Under the pieces are notes generated by a model. It made no database searches. It was not told where the DNA came from and saw only the letters and a program-made list of their open reading frames with translations. A DNA stretch of 53,995 nt, from assembly GCA_038821645.1 (NCBI GenBank), contig JAWBDT010000014.1, positions 1 through 53,995 of the forward strand, given 5' to 3'. The position numbers and the translations under genes were made by a program. This DNA comes from Ignisphaera sp. (GTDB lineage Archaea; Thermoproteota; Thermoprotei_A; Sulfolobales; Ignisphaeraceae). Below are positions 30,175 through 40,610 of the stretch, piece after piece; positions within the stretch are counted from its first letter, which is position 1, and every line of letters starts with the position of its first letter.

Positions 30175-30885
30175 ATGCCTAAGCTTAGTTCAGGTTTTGT
30201 TATAGCAGGTGCTTATGCTGATAAAATTAGGAGAACATTATTTGCACAATTAAGGGATTACCTCAGAAAAGATAAGGAATGGGGTCAAAGAATAGCTTTA
30301 GCTGTAGCTCAGTTGAATAGATTTCTGTATACGTTACTTGTTGAACGGATTAAGATAGATAAAGGAGATGTAGTAAGAATAAGAATAGATTATGATATCG
30401 ATGAAACTACTAAATCCATTAACTGGTTGTGGAATACATTAACCATAGAGGCCTTCAGAAGAATACCTCAGGATGAAGTAGATAAGATTACTAAGGAGTT
30501 AGTAACTAAAGCAGTAGAAATTTCAACAGCAGCTGTGGTATATGCTCTAGAGAAACTTGGTGAAACATTTGATGGCGACATTGTGTATACCATTAAGTTA
30601 GGTGATCGTGAAGTGGGTACCGCTATAGTTACATTAATTAACGAAAATATCGGTGTGTTAAAAAGAGGAGCTGTTATAGAGCCTACTCCTGCTGTATTTG
30701 ATAAGGTTAAACTTGTTGTAGAACCAGGTAAGACAATTGAAGATACATTACGAGATGTTCTATCAACAGTTATTCAATCTGCAAAACATGTAGATGCTGA
30801 TGAAGCAGTTAAAGTAATTAATGCTATAAGAGATAGAATTTCAGCAAAACCTATAGTCAAGTATGAAGAAGCTGAAGAAGAATAG
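30175..30885 (+). CDS. DUF2258 / ThermoDBP-related ssDNA-binding protein
   Basis: MPKLSSGFVIAGAYADKIRRTLFAQ, LN..LY..LV, DKGDVVRIRIDY; start moved to ATG 30175. Confidence 0.85.
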   Translation: MPKLSSGFVIAGAYADKIRRTLFAQLRDYLRKDKEWGQRIALAVAQLNRFLYTLLVERIKIDKGDVVRIRIDYDIDETTKSINWLWNTLTIEAFRRIPQDEVDKITKELVTKAVEISTAAVVYALEKLGETFDGDIVYTIKLGDREVGTAIVTLINENIGVLKRGAVIEPTPAVFDKVKLVVEPGKTIEDTLRDVLSTVIQSAKHVDADEAVKVINAIRDRISAKPIVKYEEAEEE

Positions 30886-30923
30886 TTAATCAAGTTCAAC
30901 ATCTTCATAAATAATTTAGATGC

Positions 30924-31187
30924 TTGAAAGTGAAGATTATGGATAAGAGATATGAGTGTATTGTTTGTGGAAGAATATTTCATGAAGGTCAAGGAGTGAA
31001 ACTTAGTCTTGCAGGAAAAGAAGTAAATTTTCATTCGAAGTCGTGTGCTATAAAGTTCTTAAAAAGCCTTATTCTATACCTAGATCAAAAAGATCTTGAA
31101 ACTGCAACAAAACTCACAATTAAAGAATATGAAGAAAAAGTAAAAGAAATTAGAGAAAAAACTAAAAAGAAATTAGAGAAGATCTGA
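30924..31187 (+). CDS. TRASH/L24e-like metal-binding small protein
   Basis: CIVCGR.F.EGQG...FHSKSC. Confidence 0.7.
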   Translation: MKVKIMDKRYECIVCGRIFHEGQGVKLSLAGKEVNFHSKSCAIKFLKSLILYLDQKDLETATKLTIKEYEEKVKEIREKTKKKLEKI

Positions 31188-31206
31188 TAAGGATAACAAT
31201 ATATAA

Positions 31207-31809
31207 TCATGGTTTATATTTTTCTATGAATTTTAACACCTTCTCTAAATCTTTTTCAGATAGTGTTGTAGTCCAATCTATACTTATTCCACGTGATGAT
31301 GTTTTTGATTTATGCAATATGTCTACAATTTCTTGTACAACCTCGTCCAAAGATTTTGATGATACATCTATCTCTACAACAATATCATCACCAAATTCAT
31401 CTATAACATTCAATGTACATATAGACAGAAGCTCAGCTTCAACATTTTCGGCAATCTTGTGAGGTGGCCATCCACGAGAGGTTAGTACATCAATAAGTTC
31501 AAGAGGGTTGCGTCTCAAAATGAAAACTATTTCGAATATGTCTCTAGGTATTATCTCTATGTAGTGACTTGATATAATCATAGGACCTTTTTCTCTATAC
31601 ATATTAATTACACTAGCCCTAACTTTATCTTCATCTATGACATAACTGTTTCTCTCTTCATCATAGTATGTATACAGCTTGTTATTAACTACATAACTGC
31701 TTAAATCAAGATAAGGTATATTTAGTACTTGTGAAAGAGTTCTCGCTATAGATGTTTTTCCTGTGCCAGGTGTACCAGATATACCTACGCACTTCAACTT
31801 TACGCCCAC
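31207..31809 (-). CDS. Adenylate kinase, AK6/Fap7 type
   Basis: ISGTPGTGKT, ISSHY, RGWPPHKIAENVEAE. Confidence 0.9.
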   Translation of the reverse strand: MGVKLKCVGISGTPGTGKTSIARTLSQVLNIPYLDLSSYVVNNKLYTYYDEERNSYVIDEDKVRASVINMYREKGPMIISSHYIEIIPRDIFEIVFILRRNPLELIDVLTSRGWPPHKIAENVEAELLSICTLNVIDEFGDDIVVEIDVSSKSLDEVVQEIVDILHKSKTSSRGISIDWTTTLSEKDLEKVLKFIEKYKP

Positions 31810-31963
31810 TTATCCATAACTATCTAGAAGTTTTTATAAATTGAGGAAAACGATAAAATAAATATGAATAGATCAACAATAATATGCACCATTAACAATA
31901 GAGGTATTGAGCTGTACTCCTTTTATAGTATCCATAGCGGCAAGACTATATGTGGGAAAACAT

Positions 31964-32620
31964 ATGGCTATATCGGATTTCGAGAAAAGATGGGCAGGTG
32001 GACCAACAGTAGGAGAAAAGGTTAAAGAAATTTTCAAGCGTAAAGAGCCAATAAAACAGAAATTGGTTATGGCTAACTACAAGATAAGATCTATTGTAAG
32101 CAGATTGGATGTATTCATAGACAGACTAAGAGATCGAGATAGAACTCTATTTGAGAGAGTTGTCGATGCACTTACTCAAGGAGATGAAACTAGAGCTGCA
32201 ATGTATGCGAATGAAATTGCTGAAATAAGAAAAATGGTTAGACAGCTAAGTATTACCCAAGTAGCTTTAGAACAAGTAGCTCTCAGAATAGAGACAGTAC
32301 TCGTAACAGGTGATGTATTGAGTGGACTACTACCTGTGGCAGGAGTTATAAAAGAGCTCAGGAATATTGTTAGAGGAATAATGCCGGAAATGTCGCTAGA
32401 ACTTCAAGAAATAGAGGAAGGTTTAAGAGATGTAGTTATATCAACAGGTGAAGCGCTAGGTATGCCAACAGGTGACGTATATACATCGCCAGAAGCAAAA
32501 AGAATACTTGAGGAAGCTAAGATAGTGGCAGAGCAGAGAATGAAAGAGAAGTTCCCAGAACTACCTATGGTGTCTTCTGTAAAAGAAAAAGCATCAGCAC
32601 CAGCCACAGGATCAGCATAA
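31964..32620 (+). CDS. cdvB: ESCRT-III / CdvB paralog (Snf7 family)
   Basis: RDRTLFERVV, RAAMYANEIAEIRK, ALEQVALRIET, SPEAKRILEEA, FPELP; start moved to ATG 31964. Confidence 0.9.
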   Translation: MAISDFEKRWAGGPTVGEKVKEIFKRKEPIKQKLVMANYKIRSIVSRLDVFIDRLRDRDRTLFERVVDALTQGDETRAAMYANEIAEIRKMVRQLSITQVALEQVALRIETVLVTGDVLSGLLPVAGVIKELRNIVRGIMPEMSLELQEIEEGLRDVVISTGEALGMPTGDVYTSPEAKRILEEAKIVAEQRMKEKFPELPMVSSVKEKASAPATGSA

Positions 32621-32743
32621 GTACAGCGACATATTATATCTCAAATACTCTATAATATATAACTCTTATAAAACATAAGTTTTTAAGTCCAAATTTCTTT
32701 AAAACTCTTCTCGATCTCGATAATCTTACTGAGGTGATATTGT

Positions 32744-33025
32744 TTGTCTTATGTCTCGAGTAGTACTAGGGGAATCATTATAGGATATAGAAAAAGTAGA
32801 GCTAGACAGTACTGTAACCAGGTCTTGGTAAAATTGTTTACAGATCCTAAGAATGTGGCAAGATTTATTGGAGCTAATGTTGTAGTAAAAGATTTTTATA
32901 ACAATATCTATAGGGGTAGAGTAGTTAGAGTACATAGCTATAGAAACTGTGTAGTGATTGCTAGATTCAAACCAAATATACCTGGACAAGCTATAGGACT
33001 TTATGTTGATCTCTTTAAGACTTAA
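32744..33025 (+). CDS. rpl35ae: 50S ribosomal protein L35Ae
   Basis: GIIIGYR...Q...QVLVK, GRVVRVH, ARFKPNIPGQAIG; SD GAGGTGA upstream. Confidence 0.85.
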   Translation: MSYVSSSTRGIIIGYRKSRARQYCNQVLVKLFTDPKNVARFIGANVVVKDFYNNIYRGRVVRVHSYRNCVVIARFKPNIPGQAIGLYVDLFKT

Positions 33026-33032
33026 AGTAATA

Positions 33033-33089
33033 CCTCAGCGTAACTCTGATAAGGCATATGAAACCTTTTTGCCGAGTTATCATCATCGG
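33033..33089 (-). ncRNA. Candidate C/D-motif (K-turn) small RNA
   Basis: CCG-ATGATGA-41 nt-CTGA-GG in intergenic DNA; internal C'/D' boxes not canonical. Confidence 0.4.
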
Positions 33090-33196
33090 ATCAAAAGCAG
33101 CTACAGTAGTACTTTGATCTAGAGATGTTTTATCTGTTTATCGCTACACTATATTTACTCTCTAAATGTTAGTATAATATTTAAGGGTAAGTAGCT

Positions 33197-35011
33197 GTGG
33201 AGTTCTCGATAGTAGCACAAGTACTAGATATAATTGAGAAGACTAGTAGCAAAATACAGCAGGCTACAGCTCTTGCTACATTGTTTAAGAAGACAGATCC
33301 TAACGTAATAGATAAAGTTGTATATCTCTTACAGGGTACACTGTGGCCCGATTGGAAAGGTATGCCTGAACTAGGTGTAGCAGAGAAAGGTATTCAGAAA
33401 GCTATTGCTTTAGCTACGGGTGTATCTGAGTCTGACGTAGAGAAGATGTATAAAGGTCTTGGTGATTATGGTCTAGTTGTTGAGAAACTAAAAAACTTAA
33501 AAGAAAAGAAAACGACTGGACTCACAGCATTCATAAAGAATACTAAAGTAGCTGAATCAAAACTTACAGTAGAAAATGTATATAACGTTTTAGTAAAAAT
33601 AGCTATGCTACAAGGTGAAGGAAGTAGAGATATGAAGCTTAGGCTTCTAACATCACTATTAACATCAGCTGATGCAAAAGAGGCCAAGTTTATTGTAAGA
33701 TTTGTTGAAGGAAGACTTAGATTAGGTGTAGGCGATGCTACTATAATGGATGGACTTGCAGGCGCTTTTGGAGCCTCTAGAGATATCATAGAGAGGGCTT
33801 ACAATATTTATCCAGACTTAGGTGCCATAGCTAAGATACTTGCTGAAAAAGGTTCTCAAGAACTTAAATCTCTACATCCTACACCAGGTATTCCATTAAG
33901 ACCCATGTTAGCCGAAAGAGCTAGCGATCCTGCAGATATCCTATCTAAATCTGGTGTTCCATGTATAGCCGAGTTTAAGTATGATGGTGAGAGAGCACAG
34001 ATACATAAGAAAGGTAACAAAGTATGGATATTTTCAAGAAGACTTGAAGAAATAACCCAAAGATATCCAGATGTCGTTGAAATGATTTTAAAGTACGTTA
34101 AAGTTGATGAAGCTATAATTGAAGGAGAAATTGTAGCTATAGATCCTGATACAGGAGACTATAGACCGTTTCAAGAACTTATGCATAGAAAGAGAAAGAA
34201 AGAAATATCTGAAGCTGTGAAGGAATATCCAGTAGTTGTGAGACTCTTCGATTGTCTATATGTAGATGGCTTGGATCTAACACTAAAACCTATTCTTGAG
34301 AGACGTGAATGGTTAAAGAAAATTGTTGAAGAATCTGATGAATTTAAGTTAGCTGAACATGTAATAGTCAAAGATGTAAAAGATCTTGAAGAATTCTTCT
34401 TGAAAGCTATCGAAAACGGTATGGAGGGAGTTATGGTTAAATCATTATCCACAGATTCTATTTATCAAGCTGGTGTAAGGGGGTGGCTATGGATAAAATA
34501 TAAAAGAGATTACAAAAGCGAAATGATAGATACCGTAGACCTTGTTGTTATTGGAGCATTCTATGGAAGAGGTAAGAGAGCTGGAAGTTATGGAGCTCTA
34601 CTGGTAGCAGCATACGATATTGAGACAGATACATTTAAAACAGTATGCAAAGTTGGTTCTGGATTTACAGATGAAGATCTAGCAACACTTCCAAAAATAT
34701 TTGAACCCTATAAAATTCCCCATAAGCATCATAAAGTGGATAGCGAAATAGATGCCGATGTATGGTTTGAACCACGAATAGTTATTGAGGTAATTGGTGC
34801 AGAACTTACTTTATCGCCTGTACATACATGTTGTAAAGGATGGATTAAACCTGGTGTAGGTATATCGATAAGATTTCCACGATTTATCAGATGGAGAGAA
34901 GACAAATCTCCTACTGAAGCAACAACAACTAAAGAAATCTATGAGATGTACATTAATCAGTTAAAGAAGGTTCAACAATCTCCAAAAACAGAGCCTGATA
35001 TAGAACATTAG
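33197..35011 (+). CDS. lig: ATP-dependent DNA ligase
   Basis: RPMLA, EFKYDGERAQ, EGEIV, FDCL, EGVMVK, WIKYKRDY, IRFPRF. Confidence 0.97.
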   Translation: MEFSIVAQVLDIIEKTSSKIQQATALATLFKKTDPNVIDKVVYLLQGTLWPDWKGMPELGVAEKGIQKAIALATGVSESDVEKMYKGLGDYGLVVEKLKNLKEKKTTGLTAFIKNTKVAESKLTVENVYNVLVKIAMLQGEGSRDMKLRLLTSLLTSADAKEAKFIVRFVEGRLRLGVGDATIMDGLAGAFGASRDIIERAYNIYPDLGAIAKILAEKGSQELKSLHPTPGIPLRPMLAERASDPADILSKSGVPCIAEFKYDGERAQIHKKGNKVWIFSRRLEEITQRYPDVVEMILKYVKVDEAIIEGEIVAIDPDTGDYRPFQELMHRKRKKEISEAVKEYPVVVRLFDCLYVDGLDLTLKPILERREWLKKIVEESDEFKLAEHVIVKDVKDLEEFFLKAIENGMEGVMVKSLSTDSIYQAGVRGWLWIKYKRDYKSEMIDTVDLVVIGAFYGRGKRAGSYGALLVAAYDIETDTFKTVCKVGSGFTDEDLATLPKIFEPYKIPHKHHKVDSEIDADVWFEPRIVIEVIGAELTLSPVHTCCKGWIKPGVGISIRFPRFIRWREDKSPTEATTTKEIYEMYINQLKKVQQSPKTEPDIEH

Positions 35012-35243
35012 ACATCTACATGCATTATACGATTAATGACTATAATTCTTTTACCGTATCTTAGAGATGAAATTCTGTATGCTCTTAATTTATAGTTATT
35101 ACTCAAGTTATTACTCACAACTCTTCATTGCTAATATAATTCACTATCACATACAGATAATCAGTTAGTGAGAACCGATATAAAGTTTAAATGTCGTTCA
35201 CTCAAATCCTCTAATAGACTGAATATGAAGTGGTGTTACTGTA

Positions 35244-36596
35244 TTGCAGCAAGACAGATTACCAGGATATAGAGGTAATATACGTGAACTTCTTGAAAAA
35301 ATAGACGCAAAAGTAGGATGCAGAATAAGAATAGCATTGAGAAACAATACATTTATAGATGGAATACTTATGCCTAAACATGAATTAAGTCATGTTGATA
35401 CTGTTATCGTTAAACTCGATAACGGGTATAATATAGGAATAGATGTTAACAAAATTATGAATATAGAAATTATTGAATGTAGAGAAAGAACAGAAAGTTC
35501 TTCCATAGATGTTTTAAATCAATACAATTTTCCAAGAGTTAAGATACTTGGTTGTGGTGGTACAATAGCAAGTAAAGTTGAGTACGAAACAGGTGCTGTT
35601 AGACCTGCTATGAGTCCCAGCGAACTCATAGAACTCATACCTGAGTTGAAGGAACTTGCAAATTATGATTTTGAGATTGTCTTTAACATACTTAGTGAGG
35701 ATATGACCACCAAACATTGGGAAACAATAGCTCATTACATCCATAAATCGCTAATTAATGGTGTTGAAGGAATTGTTGTTACACATGGAACAGACACTAT
35801 GGGATACACAGCTTCAGCTATAGCGTTTGCTTTAAGAAACTTACCCATGTCTATAGCTTTCGTAGGAGCACAAAGAAGTAGTGATAGACCTAGTACTGAT
35901 GCAGCTCTAAATCTTTTAGCGGCAGTAATAACAACTCTGAAAGCACCTTTTGCTGAATCTGTAGTAGTTATGCATTCTTCTTCTTCAGATCTGGAGGCAT
36001 ATGTACATAGAGGAGTTAAAGTTAGAAAAATGCATAGCAGTAGACGAGATGCTTTTCAATCGATAAATGATTTACCACTAGCAGCTATAGATCTACAGAA
36101 CCTTAAAATAACTATTCTAAATAATAGATATATCCACAGGAAAAGTATTGATGAATTAACTGTATCCATAGGTTTTGATGAAAAAGTTGCTTTAATCAAA
36201 GCTTATCCAGGATTCCAAACCGAAATAATAGATATTCTTGTCGATAAGAAGTTCCATGGAATAGTAATAGAAGGGACTGGACTAGGACATATAGGTAGTT
36301 ATGCCATAGATGCTTTAAAGCGTGCTATTGAGGAAGGAATACCTATTGTTATGACTACACAAACGTTATTTGGAAGAATCAATATGAATGTATATACAAC
36401 TGGTCGAAAACTTCTTGAAATAGGTGTTATACCTGGTGAAGATATGTTACCAGAAACAGCTTACGTTAAGTTATCATGGGTTCTATTTCAAACAAGAGAT
36501 CTAATTAGAGTAAGAGAAATGATGCTTACTAACTATGTTAACGAAATCAATCCTAGACATACATTAGATTTATTTAAATTCTATAAAAATAAATAG
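35244..36596 (+). CDS. gatD: Glu-tRNA(Gln) amidotransferase subunit D
   Basis: KLDNGYNIG, GGTIASKVEY.TG, HGTDT, QRSSDRPS, KMHSSRRDAF. Confidence 0.95.
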   Translation: MQQDRLPGYRGNIRELLEKIDAKVGCRIRIALRNNTFIDGILMPKHELSHVDTVIVKLDNGYNIGIDVNKIMNIEIIECRERTESSSIDVLNQYNFPRVKILGCGGTIASKVEYETGAVRPAMSPSELIELIPELKELANYDFEIVFNILSEDMTTKHWETIAHYIHKSLINGVEGIVVTHGTDTMGYTASAIAFALRNLPMSIAFVGAQRSSDRPSTDAALNLLAAVITTLKAPFAESVVVMHSSSSDLEAYVHRGVKVRKMHSSRRDAFQSINDLPLAAIDLQNLKITILNNRYIHRKSIDELTVSIGFDEKVALIKAYPGFQTEIIDILVDKKFHGIVIEGTGLGHIGSYAIDALKRAIEEGIPIVMTTQTLFGRINMNVYTTGRKLLEIGVIPGEDMLPETAYVKLSWVLFQTRDLIRVREMMLTNYVNEINPRHTLDLFKFYKNK

Positions 36597-36615
36597 ATAA
36601 ATTATATGTGTCTCA

Positions 36616-37665
36616 TTAACTAATGAGCTCAAGCGCCTTCAATACTGCTTCATATGACCTAAGTCCTACAATAACAATACCTACTTCTTCTTCATTATTC
36701 CATACAACTATACCTGGTGTACCAAATATGGTAAGGTTATATGCCTCAATTGTTTCGAAATTTATTATCTTCTCAGCACTTTCGCCATATCTATCTAGGT
36801 CTGGTAAACGACCTACTCTTCTAAATATTAAATCCTTGACCTCTTCTAAAGAAGGTATTGAATTTTGTGCTACCATATCATATATATCACTCATTATCTC
36901 GAATATTTGAAGTCCATCCTTATTTTCGAGATATAGCGATACTATGTTCTTATGAACATCTAAAGCTTCTTCATGTGTTATCATGTTCTTTAGAACTATA
37001 GCTATAGTATTATTTTCAATTAAATTCCATAGCTTAGGAATAGTCTCTCGATACATTTTTGCACAAAAGCTACAGTAGACATCTTCGTATATGAATAAAT
37101 AGTATTTTGCGTTAAGAGAGCCTATAATTGGTGTTTCATTATAATCTACTACTGGTTTTTTCGTTGTTACAACATTTGGATAAATATCTTTAGCATCTAG
37201 ATATGTATAACCATATCTCGATGAGAGATACAGATAGATGTATGTCAATACATCTTGTTTTGGAAAATATGTATATCCATCTCTATTGAATATTACGTCT
37301 AGTATTCTCGCCTTTTGTGGATCTAGTTTAGATGAATATACCACAAATACTGGATATATAGTATAATCATCTAATTGATTCTTTAAATTACTTGGAATTT
37401 GCTCAAAATCAACTACACATAAAGATAGTTCAAGTTTTAATGCATCTGAAGCATTTGACTGTATAATGTATGTTATAAATGACTGTATCTCTTTGAACAC
37501 CTGTTCATGAGGCCTTATATTCTTATAAATTACAACAAATACGTTATCCTTATAACCACATAACCATTCCTGACTCTTCACACTAATTGAAACCATGTAT
37601 ATAGCTATAGCTGCTACAATTGTAACACATAAGATTATCAACGCAACAAATAATTTTTTGTCCAT
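36616..37665 (-). CDS. Membrane-anchored DsbA/thioredoxin-fold protein
   Basis: N-terminal TM; YEDVYCSFC; FGTP cis-Pro. Confidence 0.75.
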   Translation of the reverse strand: MDKKLFVALIILCVTIVAAIAIYMVSISVKSQEWLCGYKDNVFVVIYKNIRPHEQVFKEIQSFITYIIQSNASDALKLELSLCVVDFEQIPSNLKNQLDDYTIYPVFVVYSSKLDPQKARILDVIFNRDGYTYFPKQDVLTYIYLYLSSRYGYTYLDAKDIYPNVVTTKKPVVDYNETPIIGSLNAKYYLFIYEDVYCSFCAKMYRETIPKLWNLIENNTIAIVLKNMITHEEALDVHKNIVSLYLENKDGLQIFEIMSDIYDMVAQNSIPSLEEVKDLIFRRVGRLPDLDRYGESAEKIINFETIEAYNLTIFGTPGIVVWNNEEEVGIVIVGLRSYEAVLKALELIS

Positions 37666-37715
37666 ATAATCACCACAGTTGATTACTCTCTAGAATTAAG
37701 AGGTATAAAAATTGA

Positions 37716-39815
37716 TTAAATTGTGTATTGATAATCTTTTCTACCGATGAATCTTATAGCTATAGCCACAAGTATTGCTAATGCGACTGTTACAACTATT
37801 ATAATGAGAGAAACAGCTACATCCGATAGATTAACTGTAGTAGTACTTACTGTTCCATGTTCTTTGCCGTAAACTGGTTTTTCCTGAGTTACTGTAATAG
37901 TATGGGTTATTGTAATCGTTTTTGTTATCGTTCGTATTGTTTCATCCATTGGAGTTTGAGTAGCAGTCTCAATACCTATTGTAGAGGTAATAGTTTTGTT
38001 TTCGGTTATCAAAATAATCGATCTGTATATAGTTAATATCATTGAAAGTTTTGTCAACATAGTTATTTGTGAATATGGATTTTCCTTAAGGTTTTCTATA
38101 ATTTCAATGTAGAGAGGAGCATCTATTGGTATATAATTACCCAACATGTTTAAATTCATATGTAAAGTTCTATTTAGTGTATATATTGTAGCTTCCATAG
38201 ATTGAATGAACATAGAAACTAGGGTTAAGTACATATAGCTTATGGAGCTTATGCCTAGAGTAAGTTTATCTAGATCATTATCTGTTTTCTGAAGAAGGTT
38301 ATATCTAGCTTCAACGTCATCAAGTACTGTAGGTAGATTTATCAAAGAGGTTGAGAATGCCATTATATATGCATATATGTTTTGAGCTAATATATGTATA
38401 TACATAGCCATGGTTCTGATATTATATAGATCTATTGCACCATTATATATATCTGTTACATTAGCTAATTCACTCCATAATTTAGCTGTATAGAGTCTCG
38501 CAGAAGCATATGCTAAGTAATTTACAGCACTTTCTATATCACTTGCTCTAAGACTTCTATTAACGTATATAGCTGCTTCATATGCTCTATCCAGAACATT
38601 TATAGCTACTGAAAGCTCTGCTTTACTGGAGATAGTTTTCTGACGTATGTTATCTATGAATTCGTATATAGAGTTATTTAGTGATGAACCAAAACTTTTT
38701 ACGAAATTTGGATCCTGTATTGTGTTTAGCAAGTAAAGCCTTGTATATGCATATGTGAGTACCTGGAAATACATAGATGCAGCTGAATAGAAACTATCTT
38801 TACTCACCATGTACTCAGCTTCTCTACTTAAATTATCTATATTGTTGTCTATGGAGTTCAGAAGCCCTAAAAGGTATCTATATGTATATAGTGTGTACAT
38901 GGACTTAGCTCTTGCAAGAGCCTCTTCCTCTACTTCTTTACTCTTATTCATTACATCCGCTATCTCATCCTTTAATTTCTTCACCCAGTTCTCTACTACA
39001 TACTTAATTGAAGAATATATTCTACTTGCCACATCAGTATCTGAATCCTTTATCCTGACGCTGTATCTACCATCAGTAAATATCTCGAGAGCTTCATATA
39101 CATTAGTTACAGGAACTACCTTTACACCAATTCTAGCTCCATATTCACTCAAGTTAATAGCTTCTCTTACTGTTCTAGTAATAATTAGAGGACCTATTCT
39201 TTCTGTAACCACTCTCTGTATATAGTCTACTGTTTGTCCATAAGGAACTATAAACAATTTTGCACCACGACTATAAGCTGCATCAAGTTTGTACTTAATT
39301 CCACCTACAGGACCTATACTTCCATCAGGCATGATCATACCGGTCATAACTACTGAGCCATTGAGAGGCAGTCTAAGTAATGCTGCTGCAAAAGCTACTG
39401 CTGTAACACCACTTGCACTAGGACCTCCAATTATTGTTGTATTAGCTTTTATAGATGCATAGAAATCGTAATGATTGAAGTTTACACCAGCTATATAACT
39501 AGCTACTAATGCAGCTATTCTTGTTGATGCTTGTAGATCAAGTTGACTTAATGGTAATGTCTCGACATACACATGACCATTACCAGGATATACTACACGT
39601 ACATAGAGATCTGCAGAAACACCTACATAACTACCATTCGCACTTGTTGAAACTGCTACTACTGTAACATGTCTAGACTCATCTAGTTTGTATTCATTAG
39701 CAACAACACTACCATAGCTAAGGATTACTATTAATGCAAGCATTAGAGATTGAAAAACTTTTGTATCAATAATCATAACTTCATAACACCTTCTACCCGT
39801 TATAGCATTTGCCAC
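37716..39815 (-). CDS. Secreted S16 (Lon-like) Ser-Lys protease (COG1750-like), membrane-tethered
   Basis: Signal peptide, GGPSASG, MTGMIMPDGSIGPVGGIKYK, Thr-rich stalk, C-terminal TM. Confidence 0.88.
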   Translation of the reverse strand: MANAITGRRCYEVMIIDTKVFQSLMLALIVILSYGSVVANEYKLDESRHVTVVAVSTSANGSYVGVSADLYVRVVYPGNGHVYVETLPLSQLDLQASTRIAALVASYIAGVNFNHYDFYASIKANTTIIGGPSASGVTAVAFAAALLRLPLNGSVVMTGMIMPDGSIGPVGGIKYKLDAAYSRGAKLFIVPYGQTVDYIQRVVTERIGPLIITRTVREAINLSEYGARIGVKVVPVTNVYEALEIFTDGRYSVRIKDSDTDVASRIYSSIKYVVENWVKKLKDEIADVMNKSKEVEEEALARAKSMYTLYTYRYLLGLLNSIDNNIDNLSREAEYMVSKDSFYSAASMYFQVLTYAYTRLYLLNTIQDPNFVKSFGSSLNNSIYEFIDNIRQKTISSKAELSVAINVLDRAYEAAIYVNRSLRASDIESAVNYLAYASARLYTAKLWSELANVTDIYNGAIDLYNIRTMAMYIHILAQNIYAYIMAFSTSLINLPTVLDDVEARYNLLQKTDNDLDKLTLGISSISYMYLTLVSMFIQSMEATIYTLNRTLHMNLNMLGNYIPIDAPLYIEIIENLKENPYSQITMLTKLSMILTIYRSIILITENKTITSTIGIETATQTPMDETIRTITKTITITHTITVTQEKPVYGKEHGTVSTTTVNLSDVAVSLIIIVVTVALAILVAIAIRFIGRKDYQYTI

Positions 39816-39961
39816 CCTTTTTACAAGACTTAATATATGTTACTCACAAAATGAGTATTTCTCTCATATTCTCAATAACATTATGGCTATTTCATACTTA
39901 ATTTCCAAAAAGGGTTTTAAGTAACACTCAAGATATAGGTAAGAAGAGCAGAGGTGTACAC

Positions 39962-40222
39962 ATGGCTCTTAATACACGAGACCGGGATAAAGTGGTTAAA
40001 TCTATTGCTCGATGGCTTGCCGGTCTGAAACCTTCTTTTGGTGATAAACATTATTTTGAAAAATATTCTTCTGCTAAAAAAGCTATAGAGAAACTTGTTC
40101 CATATAGAGGTCTCCGCATATGTCCATTTTGTAGAAAGAAGTTTTTAAGATCTTCAGCTCTGGTGTCACATCTAGTAAAGAACCATATGCATGAACTTGA
40201 AGAACTTATAGATGAAGAATAA
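39962..40222 (+). CDS. C2H2 zinc-finger protein
   Basis: CPFC-RKKFLRSSALVS-H-LVKN-H (C-x2-C-x12-H-x4-H); SD GAGGTG. Confidence 0.8.
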   Translation: MALNTRDRDKVVKSIARWLAGLKPSFGDKHYFEKYSSAKKAIEKLVPYRGLRICPFCRKKFLRSSALVSHLVKNHMHELEELIDEE

Positions 40223-40610
40223 GTTATAGAGATATCCATAGCATAAATCACAAATATTGATACCAACACTAATCCATAGTAGAGACACCAACTGCTTAAA
40301 CCAGATCTTGCTAAATGTATAGAAAAATATTACTAAAGGTGTTCACATTATCTAACCTAAGTTCAATCGCCTCATCCTCTTGATCATTTTGTTAATACAA
40401 AACGATTGTAATGTAATCACTAATCAATGTAGCATACACTATTCAATATATTAATATGTAGCTCATTTTGGAAGAAAACTTGATCTTCTTGATACTGTGT
40501 TAATTCTATTGGAAATATTAAAAGAAGAAACTCTCTATCATTTAGATATACATGAATTTATCTAGTTATTGATATTTTTATAAAGACTGTATTTAATTGT
40601 ATTTAAGGAT

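Noticed and set aside
30109-31963. N-terminal extensions of the DUF2258 (30109-30174) and CdvB (31907-31963) ORFs
   Set aside because: Family similarity starts at the downstream ATGs; the extensions overlap promoter-like DNA
40223-40610. About 390-bp intergenic gap as a hidden gene or RNA
   Set aside because: AT-rich, with no credible ORF, box motifs or GC-rich stems found by eye
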